Counted from the stretch's first letter, positions 28,391 through 43,244 are shown. The stretch is DNA of 64,000 nucleotides from Octopus sinensis (GCF_006345805.1 NC_042999.1:30566001-30630000); one strand, 5' to 3'. Numbers and translations: made by a program. Notes: generated from the letters alone by a model not told the origin.

Positions 28391-29589
28391 TATCAGTGTT
28401 GTGGATATATATATATGTGTGTGTGTGTTTGTGTGTGTGTATCATATTTTTGTCCAGTAAAGATCCATTGCTCCGGTTGTTTAATTTTCTCTATTGGTAA
28501 TTTGTCTCTTTTTCAAATGTCACCCTATCTTCTTTTTCTATGTCGGTTCTCCAGCTTTCCGATTCGTTGATTCCCTTATGTAGAAATTTGTCTCGAGTAC
28601 TTCAATGTTTCTTTCTTTCTGAGGGTCTAACCAGAAAAATATTTAACCAGAAAAATATTCTAACCAGAAAAATATCGTATTTCTTTAGCCTAAGGTGCCA
28701 TAACCAATATACAGCAGTTTGGGGTTGGGGCTTCGAATCTTGCAGGCAGATATTTAGTTAAACTTGATTTACGTCTGATCTTTGTAACCATTTCCATGAA
28801 CGGATTGAGATCTCATGCGTTGTTATGGGGTATTTATTTCTGGTTTAAATTTCTCAAGCACATTTTCCTTATTGTATCACAAGTGGGGTGAAATGGCACC
28901 GGGTCACTAATATAGAACAAAATATTGATATTTTGGACATTTGTTCATCGGAATCACATCTAGCAATGAGGTCCTGAATTTGTTGTCTACGTACCATCAT
29001 TTACTCCCTTAAAGTTGCGCTCAATTAATCTATATAATCTTCACAATACGCACCGCACTTTAAAATATAAATTGAGCTGCTTTATGCGGATGTGAAATTA
29101 TATCTTAGGGTGAATATTTGACCTGAATAGAGTTCATTTGTTGAATCTCCTCTAGTTGATGCAGGTTCAGTAAATCAGGGTGTTTACATTTAATTGAGAT
29201 TGTACTTTTGGTGGGTAATTTGGTGCTGGTAAGTAACCGATTTAAAAACTTAAGTCGTCTCTTACTTTAAATATTGTTATGTATTCCGAGTGCAGTTTTT
29301 ATTCGTAGGTCGTTTATCACTATGCGTATATCCTGATATTGATCAAACTGCTATTGAAATCACACGATCCATAAGTACATTTGAATATATTCTCTGAATC
29401 GATGATTTTCATTAACACATGTTACAGTTTTATTTTAAAAGAGAATAATTTATATAAATGTTCTATGCAAGATAGTCCGGTTAGTTTACTTTCCTGTGTT
29501 AAATATAGAGCAGAAATAATTTTACTCCGCGCAGTTCCAGTTCAATTGATAAGACACAACATTGAAATTCAACACACATTATATGAGCA

Positions 29590-30000
29590 TATACTCTTTT
29601 ACTCTTTTACTCTTTTATTTGTTTCAGTCATTTGACTGCGACCATGTTGGAGCACCGGCTTTAATCGAGCAACTCGACACCGGGACTTATTCTCCTGTAA
29701 GCCCAGTACTTATTCTATCGGCTTTTTTGCCGAACCGCTAAGTAACGGGGGCATAAACACTTCAGCATCTGTTGTCAAGCAATTGTTAGGGGACAAACAC
29801 AGACACACAAACACACACACACATATATATACATATATACGACGGGCTTCTTTCAGTTTCCATCTACCAAATCCACTCACAAGGCTTTGGTCGACCCGAG
29901 GCTATAGTAGAAGATACTTGCCCCAGGTGCCACGCAGTGGGACTGAACCCGGAACCATGTGGTTGGTAGACAAGCTACTTACCATACAGCCACTCCTATT
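29590..30000 (-). mobile_element. tRNA-derived CORE-like SINE
   Basis: On the minus strand the head aggagtggctgtatggtaag...gggttcagtccc is followed by ggcacctggggcaagtatcttctactatagcc (CORE-like), an internal CA/TA block and a (tttactc) tail. Confidence 0.75.
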
Positions 30001-32699
30001 GAGCAATAATTAACATACATGATACTGTAATTCGGACGCATAAAACGGCAGGATGGTCATGATTGGTCCGCTTTTGTTATAAGAGGGCTTCACTACATTT
30101 ACCTTGTAGCTAAACAGAAACTGACCATCAGCCTAATCCTGATTATATCCATCACCAACACTATCAGACTTCCATCATCATCGTCATCATTGTCCTCATT
30201 GTCATCATTATCATCTTCACCAACAACAACGCCATTGTTGCATTTATCGTACTTTCCATCATTAGCAAATATTTGGGAATGGCAGTATTTATTCAATATG
30301 TACCACAACAGCTCGTCCTGTGTTCTGTTTACCATCGCTATGTTCATAAATTGATTTTAATCGTTATTCCATAACATAAGTTTTACATATAATACTTGTA
30401 TTATATTGCATTATGTTTTTCTATAATGTTTCTCGTTTTTATAAAGGTTCTCTGTTACTTCATTACTCTCTGTTCGGTTTTTTTTTTTACTTCCGTATTT
30501 TACTTTTAAACATAATTATATAAATTCAGCAACAGTTATACAGAAACAGTTTTCTATTTTATTTTCATATTTATTACTGTATTTCTTTTTTGTTTCGCCT
30601 AAACAACACGTTAAATGTTTAATAACAAACGAATAAAAAAAATTGCATGGTGCTTTCTACTGTTTCTTCTATTTCTAATGCCATTACGAAAAGTCGAGAG
30701 AGGAAGAATGGAAGAATAAAATTATGGAAACAAATCCTATTCGCTTATTCTATAAATATAGATTCTGGAAAGATTACTATGAAGTTAACATTGTTTAGTG
30801 CGCAAATGAAATTATCTGTAATGTAGTAATAATGGTTGTTACCGGTTTTTATTATCCGAAAAATGTAGTGGATTGAAATTAAAACAGTACGTGAGAAAGG
30901 AAGAGGATTACACAATACCGTGAGTAGTTTAGCGTGCGTATAATCACAAACTGAAAGGGGATATAAACAGATAACATTTAACAAATTCATATGAATATCA
31001 TTAGATATTTTTGTATAAATGTTAGACTAACATCTACCATTTCAGTGTAATATTAGATATAAATACCAAATTAAGTAACAAGATAAAGGAACAGGCTCAC
31101 ACGCATGATTAGGATAAGTGGATTCTGTTATGGATTATATTAGTGGGCCTTCCAATTCAGATATTTCCTCGATTGGGAACTTGAATGTATTTTTCCTGCT
31201 ATGTTCTTAACTGTTTTGTTTTTGTCTACTCAAAATAATTGATCAATTATTGAGCGTAGCAGGCTTGGTTCCAAATATATTGAGGAATAAAGAAATACCA
31301 TATTATAATATGTATTTACGTATGCCTAACATAGCAAGTGAGGCAAAGGAAATCATATGTTTAAACATACATTGAAATAATGATTGTCAACGTTAACACA
31401 ATAACACAATGTACATTGTAATGTATTTAGTGAAAAGAAAATGTGTGTGTATGCATACGAGCACACATAGATAGAAGCAAACAAACACACACACTCATAT
31501 ATATACGCATATAGACAGACACTCACAAGCAACTATGCATATAAACAAGCACACAGACACACATACATACACATATAGACGCACGCACATACACACACAC
31601 ACATATATTATGTCATAATATATTATACTGTATGTCCGTTGAAATACGCCTCAACAATGTGTAAGTCCATAACATGTTAATAAGCTACAAATCAGAGACG
31701 ACTTTTCAACCTAGCTAATGATCTGTGGCTTTTACAGTAATTATTACATAAATCTCGCTTTGTTAAATGCACGCATAACCATGAAAGCTGATATTATATA
31801 AATACATATACATCCTCAGACCACTAATATAAAGACAACTTGTAATCTTTGCCATACCCTTACAACTATATGTCAACTTCAATGTTCCTCAATCGACTTT
31901 AGCATGTTAACATTCTCTGTATTTCTGTTTTACTCTCTGTGTAACTTTATCTTTTTCTATACCATGCAAAGCGTGACTAGAAACATTAAGCAAGCAGCCA
32001 GCTAAAAATTATATAATTTCTTATTATATAGTGATTGGCAGAAATATTATCCCATGGGTGACAAAGATGTATTGCGCATTTTATCATACCATCAAAAATT
32101 GAAATTTTCAAGTGGCAAGTTTGGGAAAAAAACTGCATATGATTGAACATTATACAGAAACATATATATACTAAATGCTTCCATGCATAGCGAAGACATT
32201 CGGATAAAACAACCAGAATGTAAACGAGAAGGAAGAAAGCCTCAGAGATATCAATAAACCTTTCAAATGTTCAACTGATAACCGAGTTTCTTTTAGCCAC
32301 TCTAGAGTTCATGAAACAAATCTAACCAATAAATCTTCCCTCCTTGAAAGAACATACTTTTGTCAATCATTTAACTATTGCCGTTTTTCTGTTGGTGGTC
32401 TGAAAGCTCGCATATAAACACAATGCCAATAAGCTTTCAGAATTGATAGTTAGAAGGTAACTGAGCTCAATTTTGCCACGCATATGTGTCTGCGTTTCTG
32501 TGTGTGCCTCTGTGTGTTTGTGTGTATGTGTGTGTGACTTCGTGTGAGTGTGTCATTGTGTGAGTGTGTGTGCGCGGGTGTGTATGTGAATGTGAACGAT
32601 GCTAATATTTTATAATACTTTAAGTAATGCAGGTGCAAGTTAGGCAAGATACATAAGATGACGTCAATGATTACAAACGAAGAAAAGCAATTGTATAAC

Positions 32700-33800
32700 C
32701 TTACATGTGTTGTATAAGGGCATTTACGATATTGCGGGAAAGATCCAACTTAAATATAAGGAGGGAAATAATCCAAAAGTCTGAATGAACTATTATAATC
32801 TGCAAGCCATTATGGTGTACTCGATTGGTAAGTACTGATAGGTCACTGTATTTGTAGTTGGTAAAGATATGTAATATCAGTAACAACAGTGGTCGTATCC
32901 TTGTAAAATGTGTTAGTGATAATATGTGAAGAAATAGTAAGACAAACCCTTGACATTGGCAGAACTATAAATTAAGGTTAGTCAGCATGCTATTTCGGAA
33001 TATGCTACGTTGAAAAATAGCTGTAGGGTGTATTTGACTGTTAGGACTTGTAATATGAGTTGGATGAATGTGGTGAATGTGTGTCAGAAACAGAAGGTGT
33101 GTAAACGTGACATGAAAAGCTGATGCAGATGTGTTATGGCAAGCAGGCCTGAAAGAGTAGATGCAATTGATTGAATGGAAGCTTCACCGTTTGAAATGAA
33201 ACCATGTGTTCGTAGCAATGATGTAAAGAATTGGTTATTTATATTAGTGATGCTTCAGCATTAAAAGATCGAGTGGATAGTATAGTCTTTTATCAAGTTA
33301 GTTACCTGCAATCGTACATGCAGTGAGACAGAACAATGCTGCATCAAATCTGAAAGTATATCTGCTTCGATAACATGAATCTGGATGGAATCGGAAGAGT
33401 CTCTGAAAGAACGCGGAGATTTTAGGAACAGAAAGACGAGCCAGGAAACATTGAACATAGGTGCAGTGAGGCTAGAAACAATGAGTCCTCTTTTACATTT
33501 AGTACCAGAATTTTGTTTTTCTGCTAACTTGGTAGCGAGGGGGTGCTTACTTTTACTTTGATGTTCTTCTCGAAAGCCAGAAGTCAGAAATTGTTAATCC
33601 AGCTGGTATTGCTGTGACCATCAGACTTGAAGCATTTTATATCATCCGAAACGGTCGCATGAAAATCACTGCTACTGAGATAACGCCTCTTTATTAGCCG
33701 GGATAATCTGCTGGAATGCAGATATGGTGTTTACCTCAGAGGCTTCTGAGACCTATCTCAATACTTGTTAAAGAATGGCTTTCACTTCAGTTTGTCATGA
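32700..33800 (-). mobile_element. Highly decayed PLE reverse transcriptase remnant
   Basis: IIPANK (cf. IIKPADKG) at ~33700, TNTWFHF...HSINCI (cf. NNYFEFNG...QING) at ~33190, and a YQYL segment near 32840. No continuous ORF. Confidence 0.45.
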
Positions 33801-34498
33801 ATGAAATATTCTTTCTAAAGACAAAATGTGTCTCCACACTATAATTAACTCAAAACGCTCGTTATTGAACCGATACTTTCATGCATTTTTTAATTACCAT
33901 CAGTAGTATAAACAAGAAGAGAGGAAATTCTGACAGAACTAGAAAACGGGGCCCCCTTTCTAAGAAATCGGTAAATATTAGTAGGTTACAGCACATGTCG
34001 GTCGCCTCTATTTCCTTTCAATAACGGATTTGTGTAGCAGCTCACGAATTTCTTCCGGCTATTATGAATTATCGATAACAAATAAAAGTAAAAAGTTAAA
34101 CACAGATACGTAAATATACGCATCAAAAACACAATACACAAACAATTTAGAACCACTAGTCATGTTTAAAAATACAAATTACAGCAAAAAACATCACTAA
34201 TAAACACACCAAATACTGGAACACAATCATAAAAACACCATACACGTTCACGAATCAAATTTAACCATTATACGTTCTTTAGAAGGAATTTCAACCCTCA
34301 AAAATGCCCCCAAGAATAATACGAAACAAACTTTACAAATAAACGAAGAAAAACAATCCCGAACAAATTAAAAAGAAAACAAAAAAGTGCAAAAAACTTT
34401 GTAATGCGAAAATAACAGTCGAAACACAGAAATATAAGCCAATGAACTGGCGAGTAATAATAAAGAAAGTCACACCATGGCACATTCGGCATATATAT

Positions 34499-34584
<86 letters not shown>

Positions 34585-34715
34585 AGAGAGAAAGAGAGAG
34601 AGCGATAACTAGATTGATAGATAGATAGCCCAAAGTGTTGTATGTAGATTTGGTCGTCAGAAAGGGAAAGAAGTCAACCGTATAGATACATATATATATA
34701 GTCAATAATTATAAG

Positions 34716-35520
34716 GGTAAAATTATTAATTAGTAATTAATAATTTTACCAAACAGTGTTCAGCATGTAAAAGGACCATTTATGGTAAATTTAAACATTA
34801 CTTTATATAGTAAGGGTTCAGCAAAAATTTTTTCTTTACCACACGCCGAGCATTTAAAAATAGCAGCCAAAGAATTTAGCTATTTCTCCTTCTATAAGAC
34901 GAGTCTCCCAGACAACGTATACTCAAAAAAATTTATCGTAGGCATAGAGGGAAAAGTAATGAAAGATCACTCGAAAATCGATTACATGAGAACGCGTTTC
35001 TGGGTTAGTTAGATATAGAGATGCTAGAAATAAATACCAATTCCAACATTCCTGTCATCAGCCCAAGATTTCGTTAAATTTAAATTTGAGGGCACTAAAA
35101 ATCGAGCATACCCGTCTGATTTGAGTAACCTCAGACGAACCACCTTCGACATCCAGTACTGGCGAATTCAAAACGTACGAGATTACTGAAATCAGACGGG
35201 TATGTTCGATTTTTAGTGCCGTCAAATTTAAATTTAACGAAATCTTGAGCTGATGACAGGAATGTTGGAATAGGTATGTATTTCTAGCATCTCTATATCT
35301 CACTAAGTCAGAAACGCGTTCTCAAGTAATCGATTTTCGAGTGATCTTTCGTTATTTTTCCCTCTATGCCTACGTGAATTGTTTTTGAGTATACATTGTC
35401 TGGGAGACCCTTCTTATAGTAGGAGAAATAGCTAAATTCTTTGGCTGCTATTTCTAACAGTTCGGTGTGTGGTAAAGTAAATTTATTTGTTGAAGCCTTA
35501 CTATATAAAGTAATGTTTAT
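34716..35520. mobile_element. Large head-to-head inverted pLTR pair with hammerhead-like motif in each arm
   Basis: Arms 34792-35132 and 35179-35519 with a ~46-nt spacer. The plus arm has CUUGAG CUGAUGA...GAAA CGCGUU CUCAAG (35244-35326). There is a perfect 17-bp hairpin at 34716-34750. Confidence 0.8.
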
Positions 35521-35949
35521 ATATATATATATATATATAATAGACATAGGTTTCAAGGAAAAAATACTACACGTGTATTAGGGGAAAAGTAAAAAGAAAG
35601 CAGAAAATGCACGTTAGACAAAAAAATATATCTATTAAAAAAAAAACAAAGATATGTACACACAATTAAATTAATTGAGGTGGAATTGTGACTTTGAATG
35701 AACACCGATTTCCAAAATGTGCTGAGTCTAATAGTACCTGAGTGAAAAGATTACATGGGTGAGAGGTAAGCAGTTCTGGAAGGGATGTAATTAAGGTGGA
35801 TATAAATACTGAAATATGAATGGTGTATTAGCGAGAATTATTGGTATTGGTAAGATTAGTGGTGTCCTGTGTTAAGTTGTGTATTGATGTTGAGTTGTGG
35901 ATGATATTCATTAATGTAAGTTTTCTCTTTATTTAATCTTTGCTATACT

Positions 35950-37490
35950 TAGGTGTACTGTGAACATTGATAAAAAAGGGAGAATTCCAAGCAATCGCTC
36001 AACATACGATGCAATACCAAATAGCTTTATACATTCCAGAATCCAAGTATGTGGGATCATATCATATACCTTAAGATAATTAATCCTTGGCATGGCTGAG
36101 TTAGTTTTCCTCCTCTTGCAGTGTGCAAGTACAGTTTGGTCTACCAGAAGTTGATACTTGGTACCGCTGCACTTGCAAACATTCTGCTCATGTGGCAGGA
36201 CATCTTTATTCAAGATGTCCATATATTGAATCTACAGCTATTCCAATCAATGACTTCCACGTAAGTGGCAAGCAGTATATCGACCTGTAATTGTCTACCG
36301 CATGCCTTTTTCGATGGTTTCAAGCACAGCAGTGTCCTACCCATTGTCAACCAATTTGGTGTTCGTGGTCGGCATTTAGCAAGTTGTTGAGTTCTTCAGC
36401 TATTCGTACATGACAATCACCAAATCTTTTGATCCAGTGGCTTATCAGTTCATATTCATAACATTTATTAGTATTTTCAAATCCCAGCTTTCTACATAAT
36501 TCCCAGTGGATTACTCTTCCTAGGTCGTCATGTCGTTTCTTGTTTTCTTTTTGTGCATGTATGTTACGTTTCTTTTGATTTATATAACTTACATTGGGAA
36601 ATTTCCTTGTTTATTTTGAGTTTATTTTGGCCTTATCCAATAAGTCTTTAATATTTCATATTGTGTTGCTACTAACTAACTTTCTGTTTCCCTCTACAGT
36701 CTATCTTTCTGCAACCCGAATGAGGTCTTACTAGTACGATATCCTGCAAATATCTTTGGGAATCTACCATGAAACGCCTTCTCCTGCCAGTCAGATAATT
36801 TCTGTTCTTTCTTCTGCATTTTAACTTCGTTTGGGTCTTTGGTATCCAATACTCATAATGTGACTCAAGCAGTTTTTAATGAACTTTCTTCACTATTACT
36901 TACATAGAAATCTATTCCTATTCTGCTTAACTCTACTCAGTCTTCTCCTGATATTAACCTCTTCTGCATTCCTTTCTAGGTAAGAATAATCTTGCTAAAC
37001 CTGTTCTATGGTGGTGCCCTCCATTCATATTGAATTCTTTCATAGTGTTTCTGTCAAGCTTTGCTAATTCAGTTTTTGTCCACTCTACATAAGCTGCTCA
37101 GAATTTAAGTAATGATTCTACACGAGTATTTACAGCCTTCACTATATTCGGATCATGTCTTTTTTGCGTTATCAGCTTCTCACCCTTCTGATGCATTCCT
37201 TCATACTTTTCATTTACTTTACTATAGTTAGTAGTCTGTCAGATTCTAATACACCAAGATACTTATAACTCACCCCTCTTTACAATTATATTAATACATA
37301 GCCATCTGGTAATTGCATGACTTCACTGTTGACTACGTGTTTCCCTGTCCTAAATAATATTGCATACTTATCTACGCCTATAGCTTTGCTGAAGAGATTT
37401 ACTGAGGAACTTATCTCCTGTTCATTCTCACTAAAGCGCTTCGGATCATCCATATAGAGCAAATAATTAATTTCGCCTCTGTCTGAGCTG
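35950..37490 (-). mobile_element. Decayed, rearranged R4/Dong-like LINE
   Basis: YLLYMDD, then RHDDLGRVIHWELCRK, followed directly by RT N-terminal motifs WIKRF...RIAEELN, WLTMGRT...NYRSIYCLP, TKYQLLVDQTVL and YDMIPHTWIL. Confidence 0.8.
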
Positions 37491-37519
37491 ATACTCTGTA
37501 TATATAGGGGAAGAATTCA

Positions 37520-37703
37520 CAAGAAAAAAAAAAGAAAGAGACAGGTGGTGTTGGCAACACACAGATGTATAAGGTTACCGCTCGGAAAGGGAAAAAGTCT
37601 TTAACATTTCGAGCCTACGCTCTTCCACACAAAGGAACACAGAAAGAAACAAGGAGAGAAAATAAAGAATGTGTAGTGGCTATCTATACATGCATATATA
37701 TAT

Positions 37704-37759
<56 letters not shown>

Positions 37760-37799
37760 TGTATATATAGCCACTACACATTCGTTATTTTCTCTCCTT
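37520..37799 (-). mobile_element. pLTR fragment with short inverted duplicate across (TA)n
   Basis: 37651-37696 is the reverse complement of 37752-37799 (2 mismatches). A hammerhead-like motif CUUU GUGUGGA A GAGC guag GCUC GAAA UGUU AAAG lies at 37599-37634 (minus). Confidence 0.7.
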
Positions 37800-37806
37800 A
37801 TATATA

Positions 37807-37860
<54 letters not shown>

Positions 37861-38507
37861 TATATATATATGTATATATACATTTATGTATACACATATA
37901 TAAAAGAGGGATAGATAGAAAGATAGTGATACAGACAGAGCGAGAAATAGAGAGACAAAAAGATAGTTAAATATGTATAAGCAGCCCTCTGTATGTGTGT
38001 GTGCATGTTTGTTCGTGTGTGAGCGGGTGTGTCTATGTATGTATGGGTGTGTGTGTGAGCGTGTGTGCGTGTGTGTTTCTGTGCATTATTCATTATAATT
38101 TTCAATCGCATGCTTCGAAATCGGGGGCAAGAAAATTAATATATGACACTGCACTTGTAAAACGACATTTTCTCTTTTCATGCTCATTGTTCTTTCGTGA
38201 AAGGACCCCCTTTAATTTTATATCTCCCTCACCCTCTGACTTACACACTCTATTTCTATCTCTCAATCTTTCTCTTTTTCTCTGTGTCTATATATATATA
38301 CAGGGAGAGAGAGAGAGGGAGAAATATTGAAAGTGAAGGAAAAGGAGGTAAAAGAGAAAATGTGTGTATATAGTATACGTTTCTACATATTGCAATTAAT
38401 ATGCCTATGTTTAAAACATATGTCAGCCTCGAAGAGGCGAAATGAATAAAAGTATGTAAAAATTGATGAATGAAGGGATTCATACAACGAAAATATTGTT
38501 GACAAAA

Positions 38508-38614
<107 letters not shown>

Positions 38615-39199
38615 ATATATATATATATACATATATATGTATATATATGTATGTATTTATATATATATTTATGTATGTATAAACATATAAATAGAACTTA
38701 AAATACAATGTATCATGTTCTACCGTATATGGATGAGATAAATATTGGAATCGGAAATATGAAAAATAAAACAGTATATAACAATGCAAGAAATAATAGA
38801 CGTTATAAAAGGAAACAAAAACTGATAATGGGCACTGAAAATAAAAACATTATTATGAAATATTGCCATTTCTTGTGAATTTTAATTTCAAGAATATCTA
38901 ATTCGATGTGAAGAATTTTACATTATAATTTTGTAGTTTTCTGAATTGAAATAAAAGAAATATGGATATAATGTGTTCCTCTGTTCTTATCTTTATGAAA
39001 ATATATCGAAATATATCAAAATATATGAAAATATATCGCATTGAAATGCTTATAGAAACAGTTTGAAATACGCTATTAATGACAGCAAAATCAATCTATA
39101 GACATTTAATTGTGGTATCTATTGTCAAAAGCTTCACATAGATAAGATGAAGCAATTAAAGGGAACTTATATAAGAGAATAAAACAAGCATCAAACAAT

Positions 39200-39215
39200 A
39201 ATGATAATAGTAATG

Positions 39216-39293
<78 letters not shown>

Positions 39294-39345
39294 TAATAAT
39301 AATAATAATGATGATGATGATGATGATGATGATGATGGTGATAAT
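39200..39345. repeat. (AAT)n/(GAT)n microsatellite
   Basis: Directly visible. Confidence 0.95.
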
Positions 39346-39790
39346 AATAACAATATTGACAGCTAAAAGTAGAAAGAAAGGAAAAAGCGAATGAGAAAAG
39401 AAAGAGAGAGACAGCACTTACTGGTGTGTATCAGTCTGACGATCTATTTGTCTTTCTATCTATAAGATATGCACACACTTACACACTTACACACACACAC
39501 ACACATACGCACATTTATATGTCTGTAAGTATGTATGTAGATACGTATGTTCAGAGAAGAGAGGTACACACTCACAGATACTAATATACTAATATATCTG
39601 TATGTTCGTGTGTATGTGTGCATGTGACATTGTATTTACGCGTGTGTGTGTTTATATGTATGTATGCGTTTGGGTATATATAACCATTGTGATTGTAACA
39701 GCGAAGCTAAAGCCTCTGCAAGAATATATGCATATCTTAGAGAAGAACACTTCTTCCGATTGTCAGATTATATAAATATAAATGCGTACA

Positions 39791-39822
<32 letters not shown>

Positions 39823-40026
39823 GACATATATAAATACACACATATATATATGTATATATATATACACATATATGTGTATATACATATACATAATATATGT
39901 ATGTATTTATATATGTCTATATATATATATATATATATATAGACATATATAAATACATACATATATATATGTATATATATATACACATATATGTATATAT
40001 ATATATACAGCTATATATAGACACAC

Positions 40027-40109
<83 letters not shown>

Positions 40110-40372
40110 CATACATATATATGCATATATAATATATATATATGTATCCATACACACACGCACACAGAAACATATATACACTCATATACTTTTACATATG
40201 TCTTGTGAATTTCTGAGATGAGGAATTCGCATGCATCTTGATTGTCTTCGCTACCGTTTCTGCCTTTCTATCTTCCTACGCATCAAATTTCTCGATGTGT
40301 CTTCTATTATACATGATTGTATCCTCAGAAGTTTGACCCGAAGGCATACTGTGTGCACTCACCAGTTATCGA

Positions 40373-40430
<58 letters not shown>

Positions 40431-41439
40431 GACATATCTGCATATATATATAGCTTTATTTTTCGTTACGGTAAGATTAACAAAAACAAAAGTACGTACT
40501 CTAACTGGTGAGGGATAAATATTTATTTTTACTGTAGAAAACATATTGTTATGAGCTACTAATTGTTCATACACTGTAAGTGTTTTCTGGACAGATTGTA
40601 ACAGCACATGTGGTATCTCTGAGTATTCGCAGGCTCTTGTCAGATGGCGTATGCAAGTTTCAAATCAAGATAATAGCACACATGTCATCGGGAGAAAAAA
40701 AGAGAAGGCGGCTGCAAAAAGTGAAAGGCGAATGTAACGAATAAAAGAAAATAAGGTTAATTCAAGTAATGGGCCCCCTCACCGTTCACCGTACCGCTAG
40801 TGCATGTGGAAGGAAGGGAAGTGGTATACAATTCCCGATACGGCTGCCCAATCGTGAATGAGTGTTGGTCTGTCATTTACCAAAAGTATCTTGCCTCCTC
40901 TCAAACATTTTCTGTTCCAGAATTCCGCATTGCGATGGGATTCTTACGTCTAAAAATGAGATGCAATTTTTCAGCTACGCATAACCTGAAATTTTTGTGT
41001 CCATTAATATATAGCATGGATTGTTTTCTATGATTTTCCATTTGAATTTATATCATGTGGATCTAGACTTCAATCCCTATGTGTCACTGCCCAACTTAGT
41101 GGCTTTACGTTTGTACATGTGCCGGAATGCAGGTAGGTACCGTGTATCATTTGAATACGCCTTCGCATAAGCTAATGTGATTCTTTTTTAATGCAGTGAT
41201 ACTGTAACATCTGCTTCATATAGGTTGAAGTTTACAAGCTCCAGAAACTCAACAGTTACAACTGGGAGCGTTTTCTTGTTGGTTTGTATAAATAATGACT
41301 GAAACGATAGGAGAATACAAAAAAAAATGAGGAAAAACAGGGCAGATAAATTGATAGAAATGGGGATGCAAAACCAATTCAGGCAAGAAACCGAGAATTT
41401 CCAGAGTAGAGATCGCTGATCTTCTTTGAGCAAGGTCAT

Positions 41440-42110
41440 CTTGAAAGGAGAAAGATAAACGTTAATAATAGCTGTTTAGAAACAGGCCGCTACAAGAAAT
41501 CTGATAGTGACTACTATTGAGAAAATTCAGTTAGATAGCAAATGTCGAGTTTACTTGAAAGATAAGAAAGCATCGACCATATTCTGGGTTTGTGCAATAT
41601 ATTAACAAAAACCAGCGCAGACATGAAGGTACGGAATTTAAGCGCAGACACGTATGTGTAGGCAAAAAAGTGCATTTTGGTATTAACCGAGTGTATGACT
41701 TCAAAGCAACAGTAAAATGCTATGAACACGATCTTCAAGCTGTGAGAGAAAATGAGACTTGCATGTTCGTACTCTTTAGGCAAAAAGAGCAGCCATAAAT
41801 ATATAGGAGAGAATAAACTAACAGTGTAAGATCATATATTTTGCTATTCCCTATTATACCAAAGTCGTTAACAAAGAAATTTAAAACAAAATTAGAAATA
41901 GCATGATCTTGCCACAGAGCTCAGGAGATTGTGGAAGACCAAAAGAAGAGTTGTATATGTAGTAATTGAATCAATTGGCACAGCACCAACAATGATACCT
42001 AAAAGAGGGAAATAAATTGCAATTGGAACCATTGTCGACCTGGAAAATATGCCATCTTCCGTTCTGCAAGAATATTCGGAATGCTTCTTGATATTTGAGG
42101 AGACGTGTTG
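41440..42110 (+). mobile_element. Decayed R4/Dong-like LINE 3' end
   Basis: LIIAV...DSKCRVYLK...IDHILGLCNIL...RHE, and DLATELRRLWKT...VVIESIGT (RLE tail). Confidence 0.6.
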
Positions 42111-42189
42111 TCACCAAATCTTAAGTTAATATACGTACTAACCAAATTAGTATCCATTTGCGAAATAATAATAACACTACTCCATTCTA

Positions 42190-42365
42190 CTCGCGGCACA
42201 AGTCCTGAAATTTAGTGGAGGAGATAGTAGTCTACATCGACAAAATGCTCAACTGCTACTTATTTTATCAACCTCGAAAGGAAAAAAGGTCAAAGTCGAA
42301 CTCGGCGGATTTCAACTCAGATCGTAAAGGTGGACGAAATGCTGCTACGCAGTTTTCCCAGACTG
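42190..42365 (-). mobile_element. Degenerate SINE (Nin/Deu-like family)
   Basis: tacttattttatcaacctcgaaagg...caaagtcgaactcggcggatttcaactcag, alignable to 5440-5510. Confidence 0.6.
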
Positions 42366-43171
42366 CTATCAGTATAGAGTTCAGACTGAAAAAGTGTGGC
42401 GTGTTAGACTTGAAGAGGCAAAATCAAATGTATAGACTAACTAGTGATAACGTCGAGGGAGGTTATGAATCAAACAGAAGAAACGGGCTATAAAAACTTG
42501 AGGATATTGGAAAAGGATAAATTGATGGAGAAAGAAGTGGCCAAAAAATTTAAGGTGGAGCACTTGCACATAGTGAGGCTGATGCTTAAGTTGAAATTAA
42601 ACTGATAGAATAAGATTGAAGCTATCAACAACTAGGAGATATCACGCCTCGGCGATTTTTTTCGTCCAGTGCCAACATTTTTCCGTTCTGAGCCTACATT
42701 TTTCTGTCCAGAGCTTATGTGCCCCATTATTAGACTATTTGCCATAGTCATTTCCACGGTGATCGCTATAAGGTTAGGCTTATAAAAAGTACCATTATAA
42801 CTATTTACAGAATTGTAAAACTCGACACCGCTCAACAAAAACATTTGCATCGAAAGATATAAAGTTTGTTTAGAAAAACTACTACAAACTAATATAGTTC
42901 TTAAAATTGACAGAAATGTGCAAGTCAGTTCGCTGGTATAATCGGCAACACACTTAGTTACGTTAACAAAGTGATGTTGGTTCATGTCTCAGGCAAAGCT
43001 TATTTTTCCTGACTAGGGATTCTATGCCCCAACATTAGATTTATTCCCCTTAGTCATAAGCTTAAAGCTTATTAAAAAATACCACCATTATTATTTACAG
43101 AATTGTAAAACTGGCCACCGCTTAAGAAAACCATTCACGCCGATATATATATAATTATATATGTATATATA

Positions 43172-43226
<55 letters not shown>

Positions 43227-43244
43227 TTATATATATATATATAT

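Noticed and set aside
33940-34490. Minus-strand pLTR-like block with CGGAAGA...GAAA
   Set aside because: Stems I and III cannot be formed and no partner copy was seen in the window.
39760-40140. Higher-order periodicity within TA/CA tracts (also 59180-59470)
   Set aside because: Ordinary slippage duplication inside compound microsatellites.
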